This document shows positions 1 to 8,122 of a stretch of DNA of 14,122 nt, piece by piece (position 1 is the first letter of the stretch; each line of letters opens with the position of its first letter). The stretch spans positions 1 to 14,122 of the forward strand of contig JBDHWW010000068.1 of assembly GCA_039810425.1 (NCBI GenBank), written 5' to 3'. The translations under genes were made by a program, and so were the position numbers. The notes beneath the pieces are model-generated. The model saw only the letters and a program-made list of their open reading frames with translations. It did not search any database and was not told the origin of the DNA. This DNA is from Pseudobdellovibrionaceae bacterium. Lineage in GTDB: Bacteria; Bdellovibrionota; Bdellovibrionia; Bdellovibrionales; Bdellovibrionaceae.

Positions 1-91
1 TACATTGAATTCAAGAGAAGAAATGCTGCATCTTATAATGGGTTAAATTTTGTCTAGACAATGGGGTCCACCATAGGCTTGCATTAAAGGC

Positions 92-772
92 TTGGTGCCT
101 CTGGTAAATCTGAACAAACCTATGAGCACAGGGGCAAATATTCCCGGCACAAATTGGGGAGATCAATTGTCCCCGTTAGCTTATGCCGCTCAGTTAGGAT
201 TTACGGATGCAATCCAAGTCTTGATCGATGCCGGTGCCTATATTCACTACGAAAACCCAATGGGTGGTTATGCTATAGGTATTGCTGCATTTATGAGCGA
301 GGCGGAATCAATTAAGGTTTTAGTCAAAAATGGAGCGTTCCTTAATTATAATATCTGTTCATATGGTCCGTACTCCAAGCCGTGCGACTCCCCCCTGGGA
401 GCGGCTCTTTCAAGCATCGGGCGCTCCAGCAAAAGCAAAACTCTTGATACAGCTGAAACTCTCCTAAAGCTCGGGGCAAGTCCGAATTATTTGACCTTTC
501 GTCAAACGCCACTGGCTTATGCGACGGTGGACCTCGACTATGTTGATTTACTTATTAGATACAATGCTGATCCGAATCTAGTAAACGAAATGGGCAGATC
601 CGCGATTTTTTCCTGTTACTCGGGAGTTTGCGTCGATAAGCTCGTATCGGTAGGGGCCAATGTGAATCAATTCGATTCTGAAGGATATTCGCCCTTAGAT
701 CTAGCGATTGGATCAGAAGTTAAAAATGCCCTCCTTAAGCATGGAGCTAAAGCAGGCGTTCATAAGCCATAA
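92..772 (+). CDS. Ankyrin-repeat protein (start uncertain, possibly 5'-truncated)
   Basis: Repeated ankyrin motifs: SPLAYAAQLG...LIDAGA, SPLGAAL...LLKLGASPN, TPLAYA...LLIRYNADPN, GANVNQFDSEGYSPLDLA. The TTG start lacks a well-spaced SD, and there is an in-frame TAG at 74-76. Confidence 0.85.
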   Translation: MVPLVNLNKPMSTGANIPGTNWGDQLSPLAYAAQLGFTDAIQVLIDAGAYIHYENPMGGYAIGIAAFMSEAESIKVLVKNGAFLNYNICSYGPYSKPCDSPLGAALSSIGRSSKSKTLDTAETLLKLGASPNYLTFRQTPLAYATVDLDYVDLLIRYNADPNLVNEMGRSAIFSCYSGVCVDKLVSVGANVNQFDSEGYSPLDLAIGSEVKNALLKHGAKAGVHKP

Positions 773-1360
773 ACCCCTTGTTTGCCAGAAAACTTTTGAT
801 TTTTACGCACAAAGATTCCGGCCGAAATCACAGAGTGAGATCGGTCGGAAAAGTTGCTACTGGCAGTAGTTCAAAACCAAGCGCTTTAAAGATCGTTTTC
901 CGCTCCTTAAAATTCCGTAAAAAGTATTACTTCGGTTGCCGCCGCTGCGCTACTTCTGCCCATCTAGGGACTTATCACTTTTGCACAGGTTTATGGTTGA
1001 TAGCCTCACACTATCAAAGCGTGGCGTTCTGCTCGAGTCTTCTGGCCTTCGTTTCTCGAGTGGCCGTTCGATGAATATCCGTCTCTTCCTTAAAATTTAC
1101 CGATGAGCCCCGGCGAGTGTCGTCTCTCTTTCGGGCGAGTACCCGATGCTTTTATTTCACAGTCCACTATGGAAATGAATTACATGATTTCATGACCTGA
1201 GGTAAGGAGAATTTGCCGCCAACAAAAATTTAAATTACAGAGCTGCAAAATCAACTCTGATGGCCTCCTATTGTCGACAGGAAAATCAGTACTTAATTGA
1301 CTTTCAACTCTGGCAAAAAACCTCCGGACTCAGTAGCGCCTCCAAGCAATCAAAATTCCA

Positions 1361-1377
1361 CCCGCGCGGAGCGCGGG
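1361..1377. other. GC-rich hairpin CCCGCGC-GGA-GCGCGGG about 90 bp downstream of the tRNA 3' end
   Basis: Perfect 7-bp inverted repeat. On the minus strand it is followed by TGGAATTTTG, only a weak U-tract, so a terminator role is uncertain. Confidence 0.4.
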
Positions 1378-1465
1378 CCGTTTCAACACCTAAGTCTTGT
1401 TAGGATTCGTGGAACTTTCCTGGAGGGTTCTAAATCGTCGATTCATAATTGCATGTCTGTTGAGA

Positions 1466-1541
1466 TGGTGACCTCACCCCGAGTTGAACGGGGATCTGTC
1501 GTTTAGGAAACGAAAGCTCTATCCACTTGAGCTATGAGGTC
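1466..1541 (-). tRNA. tRNA-Arg(CCT)
   Basis: The reverse complement folds as a 76-nt cloverleaf: acceptor GACCTCA/TGAGGTC, D arm GCTC-AAGTGGATA-GAGC, anticodon arm TTCGT-TTCCTAA-ACGAC (anticodon CCT, which is AGG at 1505-1507 on +), T arm CCCCG-TTCAACT-CGGGG, discriminator A and encoded CCA. Confidence 0.97.
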
Positions 1542-1553
1542 ACATCGGCTTTA

Positions 1554-1582
1554 TTTTTAAAAAAGCCTTGGGGCCTTGTCAA
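1554..1582 (-). promoter_or_regulatory. Candidate sigma70 promoter for tRNA-Arg
   Basis: Perfect TTGACA (1577-1582 on minus), then 17-18 nt to an AT-rich TAAAAAT box just upstream of the tRNA 5' end. The -10 match is imperfect. Confidence 0.5.
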
Positions 1583-1750
1583 CAGAGACGGGGAGAGAAC
1601 CTGTCACTGAGTGTAAAATTTCGCCCTCGGCAAAGTGGGTGATTCCGGTCGTTCACTACGAATACGAGAAAACTTTAAACAGCAACTAATTTTATTTTTA
1701 TTATGTTAACCCAACGAGGGGTGATATAAGTCTGTATAGAGGAGGAGTTT

Positions 1751-1942
1751 ATGGAAGTATTCAACTACGAGTTTGAAACCCGCGAAGACCGCGAAATGGC
1801 CTTTCACAACATCGTGAAGTGGTATGGAGACTCCGTCGTCGCAAAAGTGGAGTTTTTAGAACTCCAAGTGACCGCCCCTAAGGACATCGCGTTCGAAACT
1901 GAACAGATCGTCACCAAGCACCTCGGCCGGCGGAAACGTTAA
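1751..1942 (+). CDS. Small hypothetical protein (63 aa)
   Basis: Strong SD GGAGGAG at 1741-1747 before the ATG and protein-like composition. The stop overlaps the convergent gene's stop (TTAA, 1939-1942). Confidence 0.8.
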   Translation: MEVFNYEFETREDREMAFHNIVKWYGDSVVAKVEFLELQVTAPKDIAFETEQIVTKHLGRRKR

Positions 1943-2394
1943 TTGAGTCTGTACTTATTGATAAAGTCGTGAACATAGGCCGGCTCCAGCCCGAGATTCC
2001 CAAGACCGCTACGGATAGTGGTCTTCTCGGCGGCACTTAAAGGCGAGTCAGCACGTTCCGGTTCCCAACCCCAGCTCCAGTGATATTGATTCTTAATCGG
2101 TGAGTAGTGGCCTTCACGCACGCCCTGATAGATTAGATTCGCCCAGAAGCTCCCGGCGGCTTCTTTCACACACTGCTTGAGTGATTCATCAGCAAAATCC
2201 ATATCTGCCGACGCGCCACCAAACCAATAGCGTAAATCATGTTCAAAGCAGCAGTGTTTCCACAGAGAGGGCCTTCTCGGTGTTCCTTCAGGGAACATCG
2301 TGCAGCCATCAGTCATAAAAGATTTCAGATGCGCCCCACCCGCGAAAACGGAGCAAGAAATTAAAATAATCAATGTGCCAAAGAAGATTCTCAT
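1939..2394 (-). CDS. Exported Cys-rich protein with phospholipase A2-like CCxxHDxxY motif
   Basis: Signal peptide MRIFFGTLIILISCSVFA; motifs TDGCT, WKHCCFEHDLRYW and ADESLKQCV. Confidence 0.7.
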   Translation of the reverse strand: MRIFFGTLIILISCSVFAGGAHLKSFMTDGCTMFPEGTPRRPSLWKHCCFEHDLRYWFGGASADMDFADESLKQCVKEAAGSFWANLIYQGVREGHYSPIKNQYHWSWGWEPERADSPLSAAEKTTIRSGLGNLGLEPAYVHDFINKYRLN

Positions 2395-2403
2395 AAGCTG
2401 CTT

Positions 2404-4155
2404 TCAGTAGATGCCCGTCGCGAAGATCTTTTCGCGGACATCCCAGCGGTGTTTCTGTTTTCGTGCGATGACGAACATCGGTAGACGAAAGTGCCGTTGC
2501 ATCTCTAGAACGTCATCAATGCTTTGAATCGACAGACGCTTTTCAGGCAACCGATTGTGCATGCGAATAAAATTAAAATAAAAAGCTCGGCACTCCTCGG
2601 TGGTATTAAGATAAAAATACTCGCGCAGTGACTGGGCGTCGGCATCGTAGTAGCGCACTTCCAGACGGGGAGTGCCGCGCCTGTCCTGGCCTTTTGCAAA
2701 AGTCATCGAGTCCACCCGCATCACATGGGCGTCTTTGAGGCTCATGGCCTCTTTCAGCTTCTTGTCGTTGTCGATAAGGAGGTGCTTGCATGAATGGCAG
2801 GCGCGGGCGGCGATGTCGTTTTCTTCCCCACATTTATCACAAAGCTTGAAGCGGAAACGAAAGACACAAGGCTTAATCATGCGCGAATAAGGATCTTCAA
2901 AGGCACCTTGGCACTTTCGTCCAAAGTGTTCGGTAAGCTGCCCTTCGTCGTCGACCAGACCCCAGAAATTATTAATAGCACCGCATGAAGGGCACGGGAC
3001 TTCGACCCGCACCGCTTCGCTGGAAGGTTTTTCATCGGCGATTTCAGGCGCAAAAAGATCATGCCCCTGGCCGGTATAGTCCAAAATCAGGCAATCCGTT
3101 TTGCCGGGGCTTAAACGCAACCCGCGGCCGATAATTTGCTGATAGAGGCTCACTGATTCCGTAGGGCGCAAGATCGCAATCACATCCACATGAGGAGCGT
3201 CGAAGCCGGTCGTTAAAACCGAGACGTTCACAAGGTATTTGAGTTTTTTCTGTTTGAAGGCCCCAATAATCTCCGCGCGCTCTTTGCCCTCGGTATCACC
3301 GACCACCAGCGCAGAAACATAGGCCGGGAGGCTCTGCATGATTTCAATGGCATGATTCACAGAGCTTGTAAAAATCATGACGCCTTCGCGGTCTTTTGCC
3401 ATCTCGGTGATATTTTTGATAATCAACGGCGTAATGCGCTTTTGATCTTTCAGCAAGGCTTCGATTTGAGCTTGAACATAGTGCGTGCCATTGAGCTTTA
3501 AACTTGAAAAGTCATAACAGGCCACGGGTGAATCAATTTTTATAGGAGGGGTTAAAAACTGATTCTTGATCATGTAATGGATCGAAAGCTCAAAAAGGCA
3601 TTTTTTAAAGAATCGCTCTTCCGCCGTCTTCTGGATTTTTTGTGGGACGTTGTAATTATAAATCCACCCCAGACCGAGCCGATACGGCGTTGCCGTCAGT
3701 CCGAGAATGCATAATTCAGGATTGAGGCTTTGCAGTTTTGCAATGACTTGAAAGTACTGACTTTCACCTTCGGCAGAAACACGGTGGCACTCGTCGATAA
3801 TCAGCAAAGAGAAATTCTCAAAGAAACCCTCCGCCGCCCGAGCGATGGATTGAATGCTGCCAAAGATCACTTTTTGATAGCTTTCTTTACGGTTGAGGCC
3901 GGCAGAAAAAACACCGGCTTCTAAACCAAAAGAAATATACTTGGCGTGATTTTGCTCCACCAGCTCTTTCACGTGGGCCAACACCAGCACGCGCCCTTTT
4001 GCGATACGTGCAAGTTCTGCGATGACCAAGCTCTTCCCGGCCCCTGTGGGCAAAACAATCGCCGCCGGAGATTTATCACTACGGAAATGCCGGAGGGTCG
4101 CTTGCACGGCTTCGGTTTGGTAGGGGCGGAGAGCGTATTTTGGGAGCGTGGACAT
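2404..4155 (-). CDS. radD: SF2 DNA repair helicase RadD (YejH)
   Basis: LRPYQ, LPTGAGKS (Walker A), DECH, GLTATP, LTTGFD and QIIGRGLR, plus C-terminal Zn-binding motifs CPSC and CDKC...CHSC. The 583-aa length and domain order fit RadD/YejH. Confidence 0.85.
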   Translation of the reverse strand: MSTLPKYALRPYQTEAVQATLRHFRSDKSPAAIVLPTGAGKSLVIAELARIAKGRVLVLAHVKELVEQNHAKYISFGLEAGVFSAGLNRKESYQKVIFGSIQSIARAAEGFFENFSLLIIDECHRVSAEGESQYFQVIAKLQSLNPELCILGLTATPYRLGLGWIYNYNVPQKIQKTAEERFFKKCLFELSIHYMIKNQFLTPPIKIDSPVACYDFSSLKLNGTHYVQAQIEALLKDQKRITPLIIKNITEMAKDREGVMIFTSSVNHAIEIMQSLPAYVSALVVGDTEGKERAEIIGAFKQKKLKYLVNVSVLTTGFDAPHVDVIAILRPTESVSLYQQIIGRGLRLSPGKTDCLILDYTGQGHDLFAPEIADEKPSSEAVRVEVPCPSCGAINNFWGLVDDEGQLTEHFGRKCQGAFEDPYSRMIKPCVFRFRFKLCDKCGEENDIAARACHSCKHLLIDNDKKLKEAMSLKDAHVMRVDSMTFAKGQDRRGTPRLEVRYYDADAQSLREYFYLNTTEECRAFYFNFIRMHNRLPEKRLSIQSIDDVLEMQRHFRLPMFVIARKQKHRWDVREKIFATGIY

Positions 4156-4332
4156 TTCCCGACTTTAGCGCATTTAAAGGGCGCTAGCCAGAGGCTGCGT
4201 TTCTTTTCCGGCGGGAATCTGTGTCAAATGCTTCGCAAAATCATTTTAAGAGTTCTCGACGTGACGATTTCGTGAGGAAAAAGGGACGGGATGTCGGCTG
4301 CCGGTTCAAGTATACTCTACGTGGAGGTTTTT

Positions 4333-4893
4333 ATGGAAAGACATGAAAAGCACGAAAGACACGAAAAACAAAAAGAACATTACAATGCCCGCAACTCCCG
4401 CGTCGCTCCCTTACGCACACCCACGGACTTGGGTGAACAAGCAACAAAAGATATTTCAGCCGCTTTGAATCTCGCTTTGGCGGATGTTTATGCGCTTTAT
4501 CTTAAAACTAAAAATTTCCATTGGCACATGAGTGGAACCCAATTCCGCGATCTTCATCTTTTGCTTGATGAACAGGGGGAGCAGATCTTTGCGATGACGG
4601 ATACCTTGGCGGAGCGTGTTCGTAAGCTCGGTGGGACGACCTTACGCTCCATCGGCCATATTGCACGCCTTCAGCGCATTCCGGACAATGACTCTGATTT
4701 CGTGACTCCTCAAGATATGTTGTCGGAGCTTTGCCAAGACAATCGCGGCCTGACGGCCTCTTTGCGCGAAGCCCACGAGGTTTGTACGGAACACCGTGAT
4801 ATCGCCAGCGCAAGCCTGATTGAAGTGTGGATTGATGAAACTGAGAAACGCTCTTGGTTCCTCTACGAAGCCACACGCCACATGCATAACTAG
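4333..4893 (+). CDS. dps: Dps family DNA protection / ferritin-like protein
   Basis: LKTKNFHWHMSG..FRDLHLLLDEQ, DTLAERVRKLGG and WIDETEKRSWFL. The start is moved from 4291 to 4333 because GGAGG (4323-4327) precedes that ATG. Confidence 0.95.
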   Translation: MERHEKHERHEKQKEHYNARNSRVAPLRTPTDLGEQATKDISAALNLALADVYALYLKTKNFHWHMSGTQFRDLHLLLDEQGEQIFAMTDTLAERVRKLGGTTLRSIGHIARLQRIPDNDSDFVTPQDMLSELCQDNRGLTASLREAHEVCTEHRDIASASLIEVWIDETEKRSWFLYEATRHMHN

Positions 4894-4928
4894 TCTGTGC
4901 CCGAGGCCCCGTTGGCCAACGCAAGGCT

Positions 4929-4943
4929 GTCTCAGAATGAGAC
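4929..4943. promoter_or_regulatory. Palindromic site GTCTCA-GAA-TGAGAC
   Basis: Perfect 6-3-6 inverted repeat in the dps-agmX intergenic region. GTCTCA half-sites also occur in intergenic DNA at 7898-7903 and near 10244. Confidence 0.45.
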
Positions 4944-5050
4944 GCTAAAGGCTTTTGTGTTGGGCCCTTGCGGACACCATGTTAACTTTAAAGTTCGCGC
5001 GCGCGTTCACACATCCGCACGTCGAGTTCGGCATTTTTATCGGGGGAAGT

Positions 5051-5899
5051 ATGCGAACGACAGCGTCTTTTTTTATATTCACTTTATTGCTGACGACCGT
5101 TTCTTGGGGTGCCGATACTTTTGATATGGCTCTGCCGGAAGAACAACCGCAAAGCCCGTCCTCCGGAGGCTTTGTCAATTCTTTCCAGAAAGACCTCGGC
5201 GGAACAGGCTCATCAGGTTCCTCCGCCGATTCAACTTCTTATCAGGCACCTTCAGTGCCGGCGGCTGAAAACGAAGCGCCTAAGGGTGCTTACGAGAGCG
5301 CGTTTACTTCTTATCGCTCTAAAAAATCTCCCGACGAAGAAGCCGTCGATTCAGCCGATGCGTGGCGCGCGGGCCAGGAAAAGCCTGATAATTTCGATGT
5401 TGAAAATCTCAGCTACACGGCTCCGGTGCCGGCAAAAAGCAAACAGACCGCAGCGAGAACGCAGGCTCGCGTGAAGGTTCAGCCGAAGCAGCAGCGTGGT
5501 TCTGGCAATCGTGCGCCGGCATCCGTCGATGAGGTGGACCGTGCGATTGCGTCGATTCCAGAAAGCAATGAGGTGATTCGCCCGGGCGTTTCTGCTAAAG
5601 ACCGTAAAGCCATGATCTTGCAAACGATCTCAAATAACTATGATGAGCTGAAATCGTGCTATCACGAGGGTCTTCGCTACAAATCCGGCATGAAAGGAAA
5701 AGTGGTGATGGGCTGGAGCATGGATCTGCAAGGCCGTGTTTCCAGAGCGGAAGTTCACGCTTCGCAGTTGAACGACAAGCAGGTCGAAAAGTGTATGGTG
5801 GAACGCCTTTCAAACTGGCGCTTTCCCCGCCAAGCGAAGCTTCAAGGAAGCAAAGACCGCATGACTTACACTTTCCAATTCTTACCTGAAAGAGATTAA
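5051..5899 (+). CDS. Exported protein with AgmX/PglI (TonB-C-like) C-terminal domain
   Basis: Signal peptide MRTTASFFIFTLLLTTVSWG after GGGGGA, then a low-complexity linker, then LKSCYHEGL...MKGKVVMGWSMDLQGRV...VEKCMVERLSNWRFP...MTYTFQF. The start is moved from 4955. Confidence 0.8.
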   Translation: MRTTASFFIFTLLLTTVSWGADTFDMALPEEQPQSPSSGGFVNSFQKDLGGTGSSGSSADSTSYQAPSVPAAENEAPKGAYESAFTSYRSKKSPDEEAVDSADAWRAGQEKPDNFDVENLSYTAPVPAKSKQTAARTQARVKVQPKQQRGSGNRAPASVDEVDRAIASIPESNEVIRPGVSAKDRKAMILQTISNNYDELKSCYHEGLRYKSGMKGKVVMGWSMDLQGRVSRAEVHASQLNDKQVEKCMVERLSNWRFPRQAKLQGSKDRMTYTFQFLPERD

Positions 5900-5908
5900 T
5901 CTATATTC

Positions 5909-7879
5909 TTAAAACTCCACGCGCAGAGGAGTCTTTAACAAGGGCCAAGCTGTCTTCAGAGGCACGGCCTTGTCAGAAAAGGCCAAGACGCTATATTTAC
6001 CGTAATGCAGGAGTCTTGGCGCCAGTGTTTCCGCCTGAGCTCCTCGAATCCAAGCTAAGACTAAGCCCGGATGGCTTTGCGAACGGGCCACGAGGGCCGT
6101 TTTAAAATCCTTGCGCGGATAGCTGGTACCCAAAACCGAAAGTCCGTCGGTTGCTATTTTAAAATCCTGTCCCGCTAAGGCCTGAGTCATTAGTTGCTCG
6201 TAGGATGGATTTTCACCAAGCATCACCACCGCGCCGTCTGTCGGAAGGTCCAGGAGGATTTTATCATCCGTCGGCGTGACGACAGCTTCGATGGATTGCT
6301 GCCAGCTCTGCTGATAGGCCGAAACAAGGGCGGTGTCGCCTGTCAGCCAAAGTTGGCCTGCACCAAAGACATTTGAAAATCCAAGCGGGCGTTCGTTGAT
6401 ATCCAAGTCACGGAAAACGTCGACCTCAGGATCCACCTCAAGTACCTTCGGGCGTTTATCAAACTGGAACTGAAGAGTTTCAAGGCCCGAGCTCACGGTG
6501 ACCTTTTCAGTGCGAACTTCGCCGTCGGCCATCGTGAAGCGCACGGGCACCATAAGGTCGTAATTCTGCGGGCTTGTCTGAGTCAGCTCAAAGTTCACTT
6601 GATATTTCTGGCCAGCGACCGAAGCCAATTGGGGGCGCTGTAAGCCCAGGCGTGGAGCTCCGGCTTGATCCAGCCACTGCTTAAAGAAAACCTTGAGGTC
6701 TTTGCCGCTGGTCCTTTCAAAAACTTCTTCGATCTCTTCATAGCTGATGCTTTTGCCAATCTGAGCGCGGTATAAATTCTGCAACGCCTGATTAAAGACG
6801 GCATCACCTAAACGGACCCGTAACATATGAAAAAGCATCATTCCTTTTCCGTAGCCGATAGCTTGAGAGCTAAAGTTAAAGCGCTGCTTAAAGTCCCGGA
6901 GGGGAAAGTCGGCCCCGCCGGAGCGGGTGTAGTCCTGAAAATTTATCAAGCTTTGGCGGCGATACTCACGGTCGGTTTTTAAGAGTTCCTGCTGCCAGTG
7001 ATCGGCCATATAAGTGGTCAAGCCCTCGCACCAGTTGCCGCGGTCGTAATCGACAAAAACGCTGTTCCCCCACCAGTTGTGCAAAAGCTCATGGGGCAGG
7101 GACGAGTTCAAAATGTAAGGCAGTCGGATCACACCTGGACCCAGCAGGGTGAAGGCTGGCATCCCAAAACCGGTTTCCCAGAAGTTTTCGATCACGGCAA
7201 AAGATTCATAAGGGTAAGCCCCCAAAGTCTGTTGATAGTGATCAAGGTAGCCCGGTAGCAGACCCAAAAAAGCCTGGGCAAGCAGAGGCTCCGGTGACCG
7301 TAGGTATACCTTTAAGGGAATCGCCGTGTCGGTATAGAGGGAGTACTCTGTGAAGGCGGCTGCCACCAGATAGACTTCCTGTTGCGGAATCATATTTTGA
7401 GACTTCGGTGAAGCCAACATCCATCCCGTGGGCATTGAGATACTCTGAATCTCATAGGTGGTTTTTTCATCGAACTCCGGCACCCAATAGGTTGACCCAA
7501 AGAGCACCACCCCGTCAGCCGAGATCAAGCCCGTGGAGCCGTCATTCACCACTGGATCGAAAATGACCCCCGAGTAGCTCAGAGTCACAAGGTCATCGTC
7601 AGTTCCGGCCGTGAGCTCATACTCATTTGCCAGGTCCTGGGCGCCGGCAGTGCGAGTCCTTTTCAGGTTGTCGTCGGCAGAGGTCCCCGAGACCGCGAGA
7701 TTCTTATTCAGTAAAAAGCGGTAGGTCTTCCCGGGTACGACCTGCACGGAGTCTGTTACAGCGAGTGCTTTAATCGCCGGAGTCAAGGTGATCTCCAGAG
7801 CCTGGTGCAGGCCCGCGAACGCGACGGTGTATGAAAAGAGGACACTTAAAAAACTGAGGCAGGGAATCGCGGTTTTCAT
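5909..7879 (-). CDS. Exported M1-family zinc aminopeptidase
   Basis: HELLH followed 18 residues later by E (WCEGLT), GFGMP at the GAMEN-equivalent position, YGKG motif and signal peptide MKTAIPCLSFLSVLFSYTVAFA. The start is either 7879 or 7891. Confidence 0.9.
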   Translation of the reverse strand: MKTAIPCLSFLSVLFSYTVAFAGLHQALEITLTPAIKALAVTDSVQVVPGKTYRFLLNKNLAVSGTSADDNLKRTRTAGAQDLANEYELTAGTDDDLVTLSYSGVIFDPVVNDGSTGLISADGVVLFGSTYWVPEFDEKTTYEIQSISMPTGWMLASPKSQNMIPQQEVYLVAAAFTEYSLYTDTAIPLKVYLRSPEPLLAQAFLGLLPGYLDHYQQTLGAYPYESFAVIENFWETGFGMPAFTLLGPGVIRLPYILNSSLPHELLHNWWGNSVFVDYDRGNWCEGLTTYMADHWQQELLKTDREYRRQSLINFQDYTRSGGADFPLRDFKQRFNFSSQAIGYGKGMMLFHMLRVRLGDAVFNQALQNLYRAQIGKSISYEEIEEVFERTSGKDLKVFFKQWLDQAGAPRLGLQRPQLASVAGQKYQVNFELTQTSPQNYDLMVPVRFTMADGEVRTEKVTVSSGLETLQFQFDKRPKVLEVDPEVDVFRDLDINERPLGFSNVFGAGQLWLTGDTALVSAYQQSWQQSIEAVVTPTDDKILLDLPTDGAVVMLGENPSYEQLMTQALAGQDFKIATDGLSVLGTSYPRKDFKTALVARSQSHPGLVLAWIRGAQAETLAPRLLHYGKYSVLAFSDKAVPLKTAWPLLKTPLRVEF

Positions 7880-7887
7880 TGGCGACG

Positions 7888-7917
7888 ACATTAGTTCGTC
7901 TCAGATTGGTTTGTCAA
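7888..7917 (-). promoter_or_regulatory. Candidate sigma70 promoter for the M1 peptidase
   Basis: TTGACA (7912-7917), 18-nt spacer, TAATGT (7888-7893), then 8 nt to the ATG at 7879 with no SD. Confidence 0.55.
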
Positions 7918-8122
7918 AGGGCCCGAGCCTTCGTGAGCGTGTTGAACATCCAGGCGGGTGTCAAACTTATGATGGGTAAGTGCGCGAATTAAGATGAGAA
8001 TTTGGTGTTTTTCGAAAGATTTCAAGAGAAAGATTGTTATACTAATTTTAGTTCAACCAATAACAATCCATCAACACACCCGTAGCACGTAAGATTGTTC
8101 CTTATAGGTAAGAGGGGTTTCT

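Noticed and set aside
778..1074. 98-aa plus ORF
   Set aside because: TTG start without SD, atypical composition and no recognisable motif.
1100..1146. Hammerhead-like CCGATGAG...CGAGTA
   Set aside because: The core deviates from CUGAnGA and GAAA at conserved positions, and stems I and III are not evident.
1311..1345. c-di-GMP-I riboswitch-like GCAAA...CCTCCGG
   Set aside because: It lacks the GNRA-capped P2 stem and the closing P1/P3 pairing.
773..1465. CRISPR array
   Set aside because: The repeats are only 9-11 bp, occur twice each and are not regularly spaced, and there are no cas genes.
1297..1506. 69-aa plus ORF
   Set aside because: It overlaps the tRNA antisense and has no SD or motif.
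1684..1711. dif-like site (TTATGTTAAC)
   Set aside because: Only the XerD-like arm matches; the XerC arm position (AACTAATTTTA) does not.
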